Part shown: positions 26,001 to 38,000 of the stretch, in pieces | Position numbering within the stretch: the stretch's first letter is position 1 | Layout: every line of letters begins with the position of its first letter | Assembly (NCBI GenBank): GCA_907165135.1 | Contig: OU015567.1 | Coordinates: 8,432,001 to 8,496,000 of the forward strand | From: Oikopleura dioica | Taxonomy: Eukaryota; Animalia; Chordata | DNA: 64,000 nt | Reading direction: 5' to 3' | Translations under genes and position numbers: made by a program | Notes under the pieces: model-generated | Told to the model about the DNA's origin: nothing | The model's database searches: none | Seen by the model: the letters and a program-made list of their open reading frames with translations, nothing else

Positions 26001-29000
26001 ACCCGGTGACAACGTGATCATCCTCGACGACACTTTCGACGATATGCCACCTCTTTCTCCTTTGTAATCATTACCAATTTCCACAAGTTTACTTTTGCTG
26101 TAATCGTAATCATTAAACTCAATAAATAGAATTGTTAATAACTATTGTTGTTCCTAGCACTTTATTTTGAAAAATACTGGCCTCTGATTGGCTAAAAACT
26201 AAATTTGAAATATTTAAAAGATAAAAGGGGGTCAAGGGTAGTTTTTCGAGGGGAATTTTTTTAGGCATTTTATTTTGAGAAATGCCGGCCTCTGATTGGC
26301 TGAAAACTTAATTTGAGATATTTAAAAGATAAAAGGGGGTGATGGGTAGTTTTCGAGGGGAATTTTTCAGGCACTGTATTTTGAAAAATACTGGCCTCTG
26401 ATTGGCTGAAACTAAATTTGAGATATTTGAGAGATAAGAGGGGTTATGGGTAGTTTTTCGAGGGGAATTTTTAGGCACTTTATTTTGAGAAATGCCGGCC
26501 TCTGATTGGCTGAAAACTAAATTTGAGATATTTAAAAGATAAAAGGGGGTGATGGGTAGTTTTTCGAGGGGAATTTTTCAGGCACTTTATTTTGAAAAAT
26601 ACTGGCCTCTGATTGGCTGAAAACTAAATTTGAAATATTTAAAAGATAAAAGGGGGTCAAGGGTAGTTTTTCGAGGAAAATTTTTTTAGGCATTTTATTT
26701 TGAGAAATGCCGGCCTATGATTGGCTGAAAACTAAATTTGAGATATTTCAGAATTTCAGAAAGGCCTGATCTGTCAGGTACTTTCTGAATGGAATCTCGA
26801 GCTTCCGCGCAAATTTTTTTCGAAAATTTTTCCAGGATCCGAATTCTAGAAAAAATGCGCGGGGGCTCGAGCTTCCTTTCAGAAAGGCCTGATCTGTCAG
26901 GTAATTTTTGAACTCAAGCTGCCACTTCATCAGCGTAATTATGATCATGGAGCCTGAGAGGCGCATGTGAAGTATACTTTTTTACCAACTCTGTCGGAAC
27001 CTGAGATTCCAAAATAGAAAGATTTATTTCAAGCCACTCATGAATCATGACTTTCTTCTCGAATGTTGAGCCATTGACGCAATTGAACCGATAAGGGACA
27101 CTCACACCCCTGTTCAACCGATGCGCCCGGATCATTCCTCAGAAACACATTTTTCGATTTCTCAGAAGCATCTTTTCTTGTTTTTGTCAAGATGGATGGA
27201 CAGCCTGAGAGAAAAAGAAAGAGAGATGAGAATACTGAGAGCGACGAAGTAAAAGGAGAGATGCGCAAAATTTTATCAAGTTCTTCTAGTTGAATTTTAT
27301 TTGTCATTTTCAAAAAGAAAAGAAGGTGGTTGAGTTGGTTGCGCGATGCCAAGAGAAAGGTTTCACAATTGTCGGCTTTTCCTACGTTATGGAAGAAGGA
27401 GTGCGCAAAATCGCCTGTCGAGGACGCTGCACCGGTCGAAAAAGGGCTTTGGCTAATCTCAACAAGGATGGAACTGCTAAAATAGACAAACGTAAGTGCG
27501 CATTTTTTTTCGACCGGGTCTACGGCCTCTTACCCAAAAATGGGTAGATGACTACGGCAAGCGATACTTCTCCTTGGATTCAGGAAAGGATAATTGCGCT
27601 TTTTTTTGTCAATTTTTGGAAGTGCGCATTTTTTTCCTTTAAAGATTACAAGGAGGAGTTTGTTGCTTTCTGCAAAAAGGCAAAGAAAAGAAGATTCACC
27701 CATGAGCAGTTGATGAAGCTTGGCCGTGATCCATCCGATCCTCGATCAATTCAAGATTACTTCTATTCAAAGAAGATGACCCCTGCCGAGAAAAAATTGT
27801 ACGACGAACTGATCCCCGGAAATCATGACTCGATGCCTATCTTGAAGAGTACGAACGAGATTCGCTGGGCTTATTGCGGGGAGCGCTACAGTGCTGTTCA
27901 CATCTGGGAGACGGAGCTGACCGCGATGAAGGATAAAGGAAGGATTAAATCGTTTTAAGTTTGATTTTAAATTCATTAAATTATTCCTTTTCAAGAGCAC
28001 GAGATGAATTATCTGGTCGAGGACGTAGAGTATCCGAATTTCGGTTACGTAAAGGCTGGGTTTAAAAACTGACTGTACAATTAAACAATTGGCAATCATA
28101 AACCTTAAAAAGTCAATGGCTGTGTGCTCTCAGATAATCATGAAAAACTTGCGCAATATGGAGAACCAGGACGCGCGTCAGCCTGACGTCTTCCCTTGCC
28201 TTGAAAGAATCATCAAGGACATTGTCAAAGCGCTGTACGATAAACAATTGTGTCGCTTTACAGATGACCAGAGCAAGGTAATTAAAATTGCGCGCATTAT
28301 TTTTCTTTAGCTAAAAAATGCGCACTTGCATTGTTATTTAAAAAAAACGGCCAGACAATTCTTCGCTCAAAAAGATTGCGCGCTTTACTTTTGCTTCGCT
28401 TTCGCTTTCGCTTCGCTTCGCTTCGCTTCGCTTTCGCTTCGCTTCGCTTTCGCTTTTAATCTTTGATTCGCGTTTCTTTCTTTGCCTTTCGATTAAAGCT
28501 GCAATACAGACTTTCAAACTAAATTAAATATTTAGAAAACCTACAAGAAAGTGAGCCGGGCACTTCTCGCAAAGATGCTGAATGCCTTCTTCGGTGGATT
28601 TTGCGATTCAAATGGTCTAATTCATGAAAACAGCAAAGATACGACTCGAACCACCAATTGCGTGAAAGCTGCCATTTACGTCTCAGTTCCCTACAAAAAC
28701 TGCGATCTTGCTCGTATAATTCGCTTCATGGAGAAATTTCCAAAAGACAGCTTTCTCTCAGAAAACGCCAAACATCTGCGAAATGTCACTTTTGACTGGA
28801 AAAAGATGCGCGGAAATTTATTTCGGATGCAGTTGAACGAATGCACCAGAATGAACCAGCTGAAGCTCCTCAAGATGCTGAAGAAACTGAAAATCAAAAT
28901 CAGGTTTAGTCTGCGCATTTTTTCAGAACTAATTTAATATAGCAAACTGAGCCAGATTGCAGCTCGGATGAAGAGTTCGATTTCAAGAAGAACACTTCAA

Positions 29001-32000
29001 GAGTCGCCAAGATTACGATCCAGGATCCTGACATTTTTGATGAAATGAATAGATATGAAGACTTGACCGAGGACCAATGGAAAGCCATCTGGAAAGGAAA
29101 AGTTGTCGACGGACCCAAGCACCCGCATTTCACTTCAAAGACTTGCGCACTTTTTTGGCAAGATTCAGCGGTCGTTCGCCAGTTCCCAAAACTGTCCAAA
29201 ATTGCGATCAAGGTAAATCTTATAAAAAATATCACTTAATAAGTTTTATGATGAAGCTCGTTTCTGCAAGAGCAACAAGCTGCGAAGCCGAGCGCGAATT
29301 CGCCAGAGGAAGCGAATACACACGAAACAGCAAGCGAAACCGAATCAAAGCAGACACGATTTTGAAGCTTCGACAATTCGCCAAGCATGAAGAAATGGAG
29401 AGGGCGATTAAAAAAATGACTGAAAACTAGAACTGTGAAATTGATAGTTGATTGGAAATAAAACGAGTGAATAAGCGCTTTATTTGTACCATTACTTAAC
29501 TCAGCAGAAAAGCATTCATATAAATTGATAAGTTTTTAGGAAAAAATTGCGGACTCCCTGGGCGCCCGGGGACCCCGCGGGGCCTACGGGCGCGAGGGCT
29601 GCGGGCGCCCTCGGCCCCATGGGCGCTTACGGGCGCGAGGGCTTGCGGGGCCCCCGCCCGCGCCCGCCCGCACCCGCGCAAAATTTTGAAATCGGCCCCC
29701 GCGCCCGCCCGCACCCGCGCAAAATTTTGAAATCGGCCCCCGCGCCCGCCCGCACCCGCGCAAAATTTTGAAATCGGCCCCCGCGCCCGCCCGCGCCCGT
29801 GGGAAATGTTGCGGGTTTTCCAACACTGATCCACGGTCAAATCAACCGCTAAAAACTGAAAAAAAATTCATAAATTTTTGCTTTTTTCGTAGTTTTGGCG
29901 GTCGGTTTGACCGCGGTCGGATAAGTTTCTTTGAATAAATCGATAATAAGATGATTCAGAATCTTCTGAGCATCAATTTGATGGGTCACACTTTATAAAT
30001 ATTCGAAAATTTCGTCAACTTCCGGCTCTAGAATCGACCGGAAGTGGAGATTTCTAGAATTTTAATGGGTCAAAGTGCGTAAAATTTTCTGCTGATTCAG
30101 AAAAGATATGGTGTTCCAGGGTTGGTATGGCGGAAGTGGGCTAGAAAACTTCCACCACCTTAAAAAAAGCGCGTCTATAGTTCTCTATCCATGAAATAAA
30201 GAAAAACCAGATAATCAATCCCATGCAGCCTACACGATACTAGTAATTTTGTGCTGTTTTTCTCGTGTCTATTCGTTCATTAAAAATCTATGTAAATTAT
30301 AATCATTTCAACTATTATGGTGTCGATTCAAGCAAAATCTGAAATCAACGTGAGCACAGATTCCACCAGATAACCTGACATAAAGTTATTTCCTGAATAT
30401 AGCTTATGCAAAAAGCGATCATCCTCAGAGCACCCTGCCGCTTCTAACTACTCCTTAAATTCACGAGAAAGTAGTTCAACGTGGGCATTTAAAAATCCCG
30501 AAAAATTCCCGCTCCAAAAGGGGCCACCGAAATTCCACCCTCGAAACCACGTTCTAGAATTTACTTAAGCCTTTATTTCAGCGATCTGCATTGGCGACAC
30601 CTGCGTTTGCGGCAACGGCTGGACTGGAGAATTCTGTGAGAAGGTGGCAAAGGCGACGAATGTGAATGTAACGCTCAACAGTCCAGATTCTTTCACGATC
30701 AAGTGGGAATCTCCAGCGCCAGAAGTAAATACTGGAGCAGAAATCAACTGCGTTCCTGATTCTGAAGGATCGATTACAGTGTATAAAACAGTTGGGCCGA
30801 ATCAAACCGCGATTACGATTAATGATCTGGAAGAGGGTATGTCACTTCGTAATCTTTATTATCGTGACATCGCGGTCGTTCTCTAGGTACCACTTATACG
30901 ATCAACTTGTATATGAAAATCGGCGATCTTGTATCTCCCCGACGTCACGCAGCATCACGACAGGGATCCAGCCTCCACGGGTACTTAGTAGTTATCAAGG
31001 ACATCGGAGCGTATGCATAACCCGTACTTATTTATCGCTTATCAGAAAATGTCGATTTTCCGATTCGTGAAATAAAGACGTCTCAAGTCCGTGCAGCGAA
31101 ACTTTTGTCAAGTCCTCGCTAAAATCATATTTCAGAACATCAAAGCGACGCAAATTTTCTCCGACAAAGTCTCGATCAGATGGGAGTCTCCTGAAGGCAA
31201 AGTCGACAAGTTCAAGCTCATCTGCTCCTGCTCCGGTGGCGGATCTGAATACGAGTTTAAAAACGACTACTTTACGCATAAAATGACGAATCTCGCTCCT
31301 GACACAGAATACAACATCACAATGTGGTCCGAAACCAACAACGGGAAGCAATCGCGGAGGGAGACGCTCAGATTCAAGGATCGTTGGATTACAGTTTTTT
31401 TGCATAAAATTTCAACTTTGACCCAGTTCATTTTAAATTTTGAGAACACAAAACATCCAAACGGGCAGACGCTAAAGCAAACCTCGAAGCTAAACACGCG
31501 ATCATACGTGCCACACCAAGCGCAAGCCCAAGTTGTGGCCGACTTGTGCGTTGACATAACAAATAACGGCTCATTTCCCAGCTCAGGCACAAATGAAAAC
31601 GAAGAGTCAAACAGATTGTATCCCAAGTGTATTTTTCATCAAAACATTTCCGGTATAAAACTCGAATTTCAATTACACTTTCCATAACTACTTTGTCCAG
31701 ACATTCCTCCACCCAGCGGTGTAGAAGTCAAACAAGAAAAATACTCGACAATCAGCGTAACTTGGCGAAAAGAAGCACTTGCACAAGGTTCAGTTTCAAA
31801 ATAAATTCCACGACTTAGACATTGTTTTGAGTTTAAACAGCCCGTTTGTTGATCAAAACCCGTTTTATTTTGAATTAAAACTTCAGGCTACTACATCGAG
31901 GTGTTTTCCGGGAATGAACAAGTCGCCGAGTATCGAATCAACCACAACGAACTCTTTATCAATGCATCTCTTTTCAACTTGCACGATGATCACGTGTTTA

Positions 32001-35000
32001 AAATCTATTCCATCGACCAGTTCTCCAAGCGATCGAGTCCGACGATCAAGACTATGCGAACCCTTCCTCTGGCGCCGAAGAATTTGAAAATTGTCAAGGT
32101 AGAAAGAACAGTACAGTAGTTCGAAAAGACTGTCTCGCGAATGCAAATGCCACTTGTTATGTTAAACTCGTATTCATTAAAACGATGGGGCGGTACTACC
32201 TAAGTCCGCCCCGGATACAAGACAAACCCCAATTAAGCAACGTGAGGTCTATTCTTTCAGTAACTGTTTAGGTAACCCATGAATCTGTATCAGCAACGTG
32301 GCAAAAACAAGGAAGCGAGACCGATGGGCTTTACCGCGTCGTTCTAGAGGATCTTTCAACTCAGACGCCTCTGCAATTCAATCAGGTAGGACAGACACCG
32401 GCGAAAAGGCCATATTACTTTTCTTATACGATAGAAAAGCAGCAATAGTGGGCTAAATTTAATTCCAACGTTGAATCAATTCGACGAGCTGCGTAACTCG
32501 TGTCACAATTTGGCGTGATTAGGGTTGCAGTTTACTGCAGTTAACGTTCAAAGCGCATTAAGAAATTGTGACTGAAGAATTTTTACTTGAACGAGGTCTG
32601 CTCACCTAATTAGATTATTTTTACCCAGAAGCCTCAATGAAATTTCTCAGCTCGAGAATGAAATCAAAATCGCAAAACTCCGCCCTGCCAACGAATACCT
32701 CTTCTCTGTCTTTACGGTCTCTGCTGACGAAGAATCCCTATCCCTCCCCTCTCAAGCTATTTTCATGACTTCGAACGACCCGCCAGTCGACTTTGCCGCG
32801 TTGAAAGTGACTTCTACGTCCGCCCTTTTAACTTGGACTCCACCTATCGCCGCCACTTCCGCCTATCACATAATCGTAACCAACGACGGCGGAAACATCG
32901 TCCTCAAAAAAGACATCCCAGCAAAAGACACTGCGTCCTACCAACTCGAGGGCCTCTCCGAAGGGACCGAGTTCACCGTCTCGCTAAAATCCATCCCCTT
33001 GGAAAATCGCGGTCTCGCTCCACCAAGCGAAGTCTCGATAAAATTCCAGACGACGTTTCCAGCACCTGAATCGTATAGCCTCAGCCCTGGCGTGGAAGAT
33101 TTGAAGATAACATTCACTCAGTCGCATTCTGATGAGGTCACTTTTAAGGAACACAGGGTTGAACAAAATGTATAATGCAATTTGTAAGTGTCCACTAAAA
33201 ATCCAGCCAATATTCTTGACACCTTTATATTCGCGATCCGTCACCTCTTTCCTTTCGTCTGCACGGGAGAATTTTAATATTATTAAAGCTCTTTTCTAAA
33301 ATACCTGAAGGTACTTGTACTGAAAAAGAGCTCTTTATCTCTGCAATTGCAGCACTGGCTGTGAGACAAATCTGAAATTAGACGATAAATTACGGAAAAA
33401 TTTAATTGACAAGATGTTTACGTGTAACTCTGTTACTTCCCTCGTTTAAATAATACTTTTCAGCTGTTTTTGTTTGACACAACTCAATTTCCATTCCAAT
33501 TAAAATCCCAATCCAATTACAATTTAGACCTTTTAACCCTTCAAAAGCTCATTGAAATGATTCCAGCAAGTATACTCGACCAAACAAGAAGAAACACAAA
33601 ATCATCATCATTCTCTTCCTCCGACATTGATTACATAATAGCGCTGGAAAACTTGCATCCAAAATATTACCGAATGAACAATGAGAAAATCGTGCATGTA
33701 ATGGCTCTGAAACCAGAAACAGAGTACATGGCCGAGTTGAAATACGCGCGAGGGGCGATTGAGGGAAAGCCGGAATATTTCAAATTCAAAACCAAGAGTG
33801 AACAGGCGCGGGATAAATACCACATAATGCAAAATTCGCTCATTGACTGGCAGACACTTGAAGTGTACTGTTAGAAGAAACGCTGCGCTGGGTAAACGTG
33901 GTGTTTATCCTTTTGAAAACAGAATAACTTGGAGATTACGTTTCTCGACGTGAAATCGGATAGGAAAAGTCCAAAATATTTTGCCTTGCAGAATACTTGC
34001 TAGATTCTAGGAGAACCGTTTGTTTTGAAAAAAGGGGATTTTTGAACATTTGAAAGCGCACTGATTATCTGGGATATCGACGAAGTAGATGAGGTGGATT
34101 CATTTGTGCTTACCTACGGAGCGGAAGATATTGAAATTCCAGCTGTACCGGAAGATGTCTTAATCCCGGAACAACACCTGATCCGCATCGTACTCGAGGC
34201 AGAAGACACAACCTATACTCTGCGAGACCTAGAAGAGGACACTCGTTATCACGTCGTTTTGGAAGGTCATCTGCGGGGAGAACTGGTCATTCAGGCACAG
34301 TTCATGATTTATATTTCAGAAATTGGCTGTCTTCTCTTATTGAACTTTTAAAAGGAAAAACGCAGTTTCTCAACGAAAATCTCTGCGCCTGAGAATATTC
34401 AAATGGTCTTCAAATCTTCCACTGAAGCGACGATAACTTGGGAAGACAAGGGTTCTTATTCATTATCAACCATCGATAAACAGTACAAAGTCGAGTACGC
34501 CTCGGCCACTCGAATATCCCCCGAGAATCTGGTGCCTGGCGAGTCATCACTCGATTGGAACAGCCTTACCGTATCCAAAAATAGCGTCAGTCTAAAGAAT
34601 CTCGAGCCTCTGACGAAATACAGAATTCGAGTGGCGGCCCTTGGCAAAGCCGGCCAGGTTCACTCTGCTTTCCGTGAGATCGAAATAATGACCGACCCAG
34701 CGCCGGTGCAGGGGCTCAAACTTTACCGCGCCGGAATTCGGTGGTTGAAATTCGTCTGGGATGCGCCAGAAGAAAATGTTGATGGCTACGAGGTCACATT
34801 GCTTGACGAAATTGGCTTTGATCAAGTGAAACAATCAAAAATTGTCAAAACAACGAGCTGGCGATTCGAAGGTTTAGACGCGTCAACCTGGTATCGAGTC
34901 CAAGTAAAAGCTCTTTCCGGTCCGCTGAAATCCCTTCCGCGCGTGATTCTTGGCCATACAGAGCTACACGAGCCCCGAGCGGTCAGAATCACCGAGATAA

Positions 35001-38000
35001 AAGAATCCTCCGCCAAGGTCCTTTGGGAGCCCGTGGACCAAGAAACCTCAGGACGAGTAACACTGTCCTCCGAAAATTCACCGGAGAAAGTCATTTCCGT
35101 TGGTGCCGGTCAGAATATTCAAGAGCTACTGTACTTAGCTCCCAATACAGAATACAACGTTAAGGTTCAACTAAAAAAGAACCGAATACTATCAGAAGTG
35201 GCGGAGATTGAATTTCGAACCGAAATGCCAGAGCAGATTCCAATTTTGAAGCTCGTTCAGGTTGAAGAAAATGAGGGACAGGATTAGCAATTTTTGAAGT
35301 TATTCAAAAAAAAGGGCGTAAAATTGTAAAATCCTTAAAAGGCAACGTTGGGTTGGGAAGAAAACGAAACGGGCAGTTATCGACTCTCGTGGAGGAAGCT
35401 GAGTGAAGGACTCGAGTGCCACTAAGAGCCCCGCAGAAAGGGATTATTTATAGTGATTAGTCGTTTGAAATCCCCAGTTAGACACTTTTGCGTCGAAACA
35501 AGTCGAGGGCGGAACCGGACGTATTTTCAACTTATCGCCAGGAGAAGATTACCTCGCGAAGCTCGAAACAGCAGGAACAGAAAACTCCTCAGTACTCCAA
35601 TTCAGAACTTTGGAAAAACTTCTTCCCGTCAAAAATTTTAAAGTGGAAAAAGTCGGGACCAACACTGCTACAGTCAGCTGGGAACGCAACGGCGTCATGC
35701 CGGATAAATACGTTCTTGTCCAGCGAAATGAATATTCGGAAAGTAAAATAATTATTGAAGGCGATCAAAGTCCTGAAGAAAAGAAGGCACGGCTTGTTTT
35801 TTTTCTGTTATATTTCTATATTTAGAATAATCTTTTAAAAGCCACGTTCTAAGGTAGTAACTAAGCTTAAACATCTCTTCTATGGGCTAAAATATCAACT
35901 GACGCTTTACAGGTAAGCCAGAGAAATAAATCATCATCGGTCATTTCAACATTTCTAGCGCGAAGGAAAAACAAAGGTCAGAATCGGTCAAGATAGAGTT
36001 TGAAACTTGGCCGAAGCTCAAGGACCCGACGAACTTGACGATAAACTACACCACTCCCGCGGGTAATTCTAGCTCGTTAAACGTGCAATTAGACATCTTG
36101 ACCGATTTTTCTCCGGCTCACCTATTTCTTCAGGCGGGTTGCTATCTTGGTCAATGGCAAGAGCAGATATATTGGATGGCTATCTTTTGACCGTGTTCAA
36201 CAAGAGCTCGCAAGAACGCTCACCAGTCGCGGTCTTGAACATTTCGAAAAATGCCACAGAATATTTGTTCGACGATTTGCTCCATTCCTCAAAGTATAAA
36301 ATTGTTCTCCAAGCGATTCGGGGGGATGAGAGCTCCAAGAAGACAGAGGCCATTTTCAGAACTTCAACCGAATTGAAACCTATTTCAAAATGCAGGAATA
36401 GGGAAGAAACCATAAGAGGCTTAAATTTTCTATCTTTTTGTATTTAAAGAGTGACATTTAAGATGAATATTCACCTGTAATAAATACAGATGCGTACTCA
36501 TCATCGGATTCTCCGCGATCAGTAAAAGAATGTTGATCAACCCTTTAAAAGCGCTTCAAACATAAATGAAAAGTTTGCGGAAGTTAACTACTCGTACGAC
36601 TCAATGGAAAAACAACCAAATGTCTTCATGAAATACACAATATCCGGAACAAGACTTGCTCGAACCGTCATCACAAAATCCTCCAACACAACCGGAACCT
36701 TCGAACTCTCCAATCTCCAGCCAAGCACTGACTACATCGTTGAAGTTCGTACACAGTTTCCACACTATGCCTCGCCTCCTTGTATTGTCAACTTTCGGTA
36801 AATCCTCCCTCTCGCGTTCATCGTTTCATTTCATCAATGTTTAGTTCGTTTTCAAAGCTGTCGCCGCCTTATCAACTCGAAGTGAGCAACTTGACAAACA
36901 GCTCCTTCCACCTCGAGTGGTCTTCTTTAGCAGATCACGTGGACAACTTCCACATCGAAATACTCAACACAGCGTCTTCCAGGATCATCCTCAACCGCGC
37001 AATTTCCGCGAAGCAGGACAGGATTGACGTGGCAGGCCTGTACCCCGCAACGAAATATTCAATGGAACTCTGGTCTGTCAGACAAAACAAAAAGTCAAAA
37101 CGAGCTCAAGTATCAACGACAACGAAAACTAACCCACCGCAGATCATTTACCGCTCATCAACAGAGGAAGACGTGACCGTAACAGTAGTCAAACCGCGAT
37201 TTAACATCAACAATTACATTGTGACCTTGATGAAGGACAACGGCAATGACAAAGAAAACGCGGTTATAAGAAGAATAACAGTTTCGCCAGGAGACGACTC
37301 AGCACGAAGAATAAAGCTCAGGCAGCTCAAACCTTCAACAGATTACATCATCGAAATCTCATCAGTTCTCGACTCACAAAAATCAGAGCCTTGCAGCGTT
37401 TCTTTCAGAACTGCTCCTGGCTCTCCCAAGGACTTAAGGTACCCCCTTCACTTAACATACTTAGCCTTACTTTTTAAATAGAGCCGAAGAAGTAACAGAT
37501 GAGTCCGCGAAAATACTCTGGACCCCTGTGGACGAAAATATCGCCGATACAATCCAAATCGAAGTTCGCAAACTCGAGTACGGCCAATGGAAATTCCACG
37601 ATCCAGGGTTTTTCACGCTCAACTCTTCACGCAAATTCGTCACTTTACCACAACTTGAAGCAGGAGTAAGTTCTCTCAAATCAATCCAAAAATTAACATA
37701 CTGAATTGTGAAGGCGCCTTATCAAGTCAAAGCAAAATTCATCAACGAAGAAACGAGTGAAAGTGCGTTTTCAACAATCGAGTTTCGGGCAAAAATTGAT
37801 GGACCAAAGAATGTAGAAGTTTTGCTTGTTGAACGGTACTCTGCTCAAATGCGTTGGGCGGAGCCGATTATGTTACCGGCGATTGTGAATATCAAAATGG
37901 TGCTGCTGGAGACAGAATCGGGAAAAATCGTCAAAGATTACTCTCTTCCTCCGAAAACGAGAAGTTTCAGCTTTGATGAGCTCCAACAAGGGACAGAGTA

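Larger units (their letters stand above)
24576..29828 (+). mobile_element. hAT-superfamily DNA transposon, 5253 bp, with cargo
   Basis: TIR CAGTGTTGGAAAA at 24576 and TTTTCCAACACTG ending 29828; perfect 8-bp TSD ATCCACGG (24568-24575 and 29829-29836); GC-rich subterminal repeats; hAT C-terminal domain encoded inside. Confidence 0.93.
24339..30159. mobile_element. Non-autonomous DNA element (MITE, ~570 bp without the insert) with ~140-bp TIRs and TTAA TSD, Kolobok-like; split by the hAT insertion
   Basis: TTAA|GGTGGTGGAAGTTTTCTAGCCCACTTCCGCCATACC... at 24339 and the inverted copy ...CTTCCACCACC|TTAA at 30159. Inverted similarity continues to ~24480 / ~30020. Confidence 0.85.
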
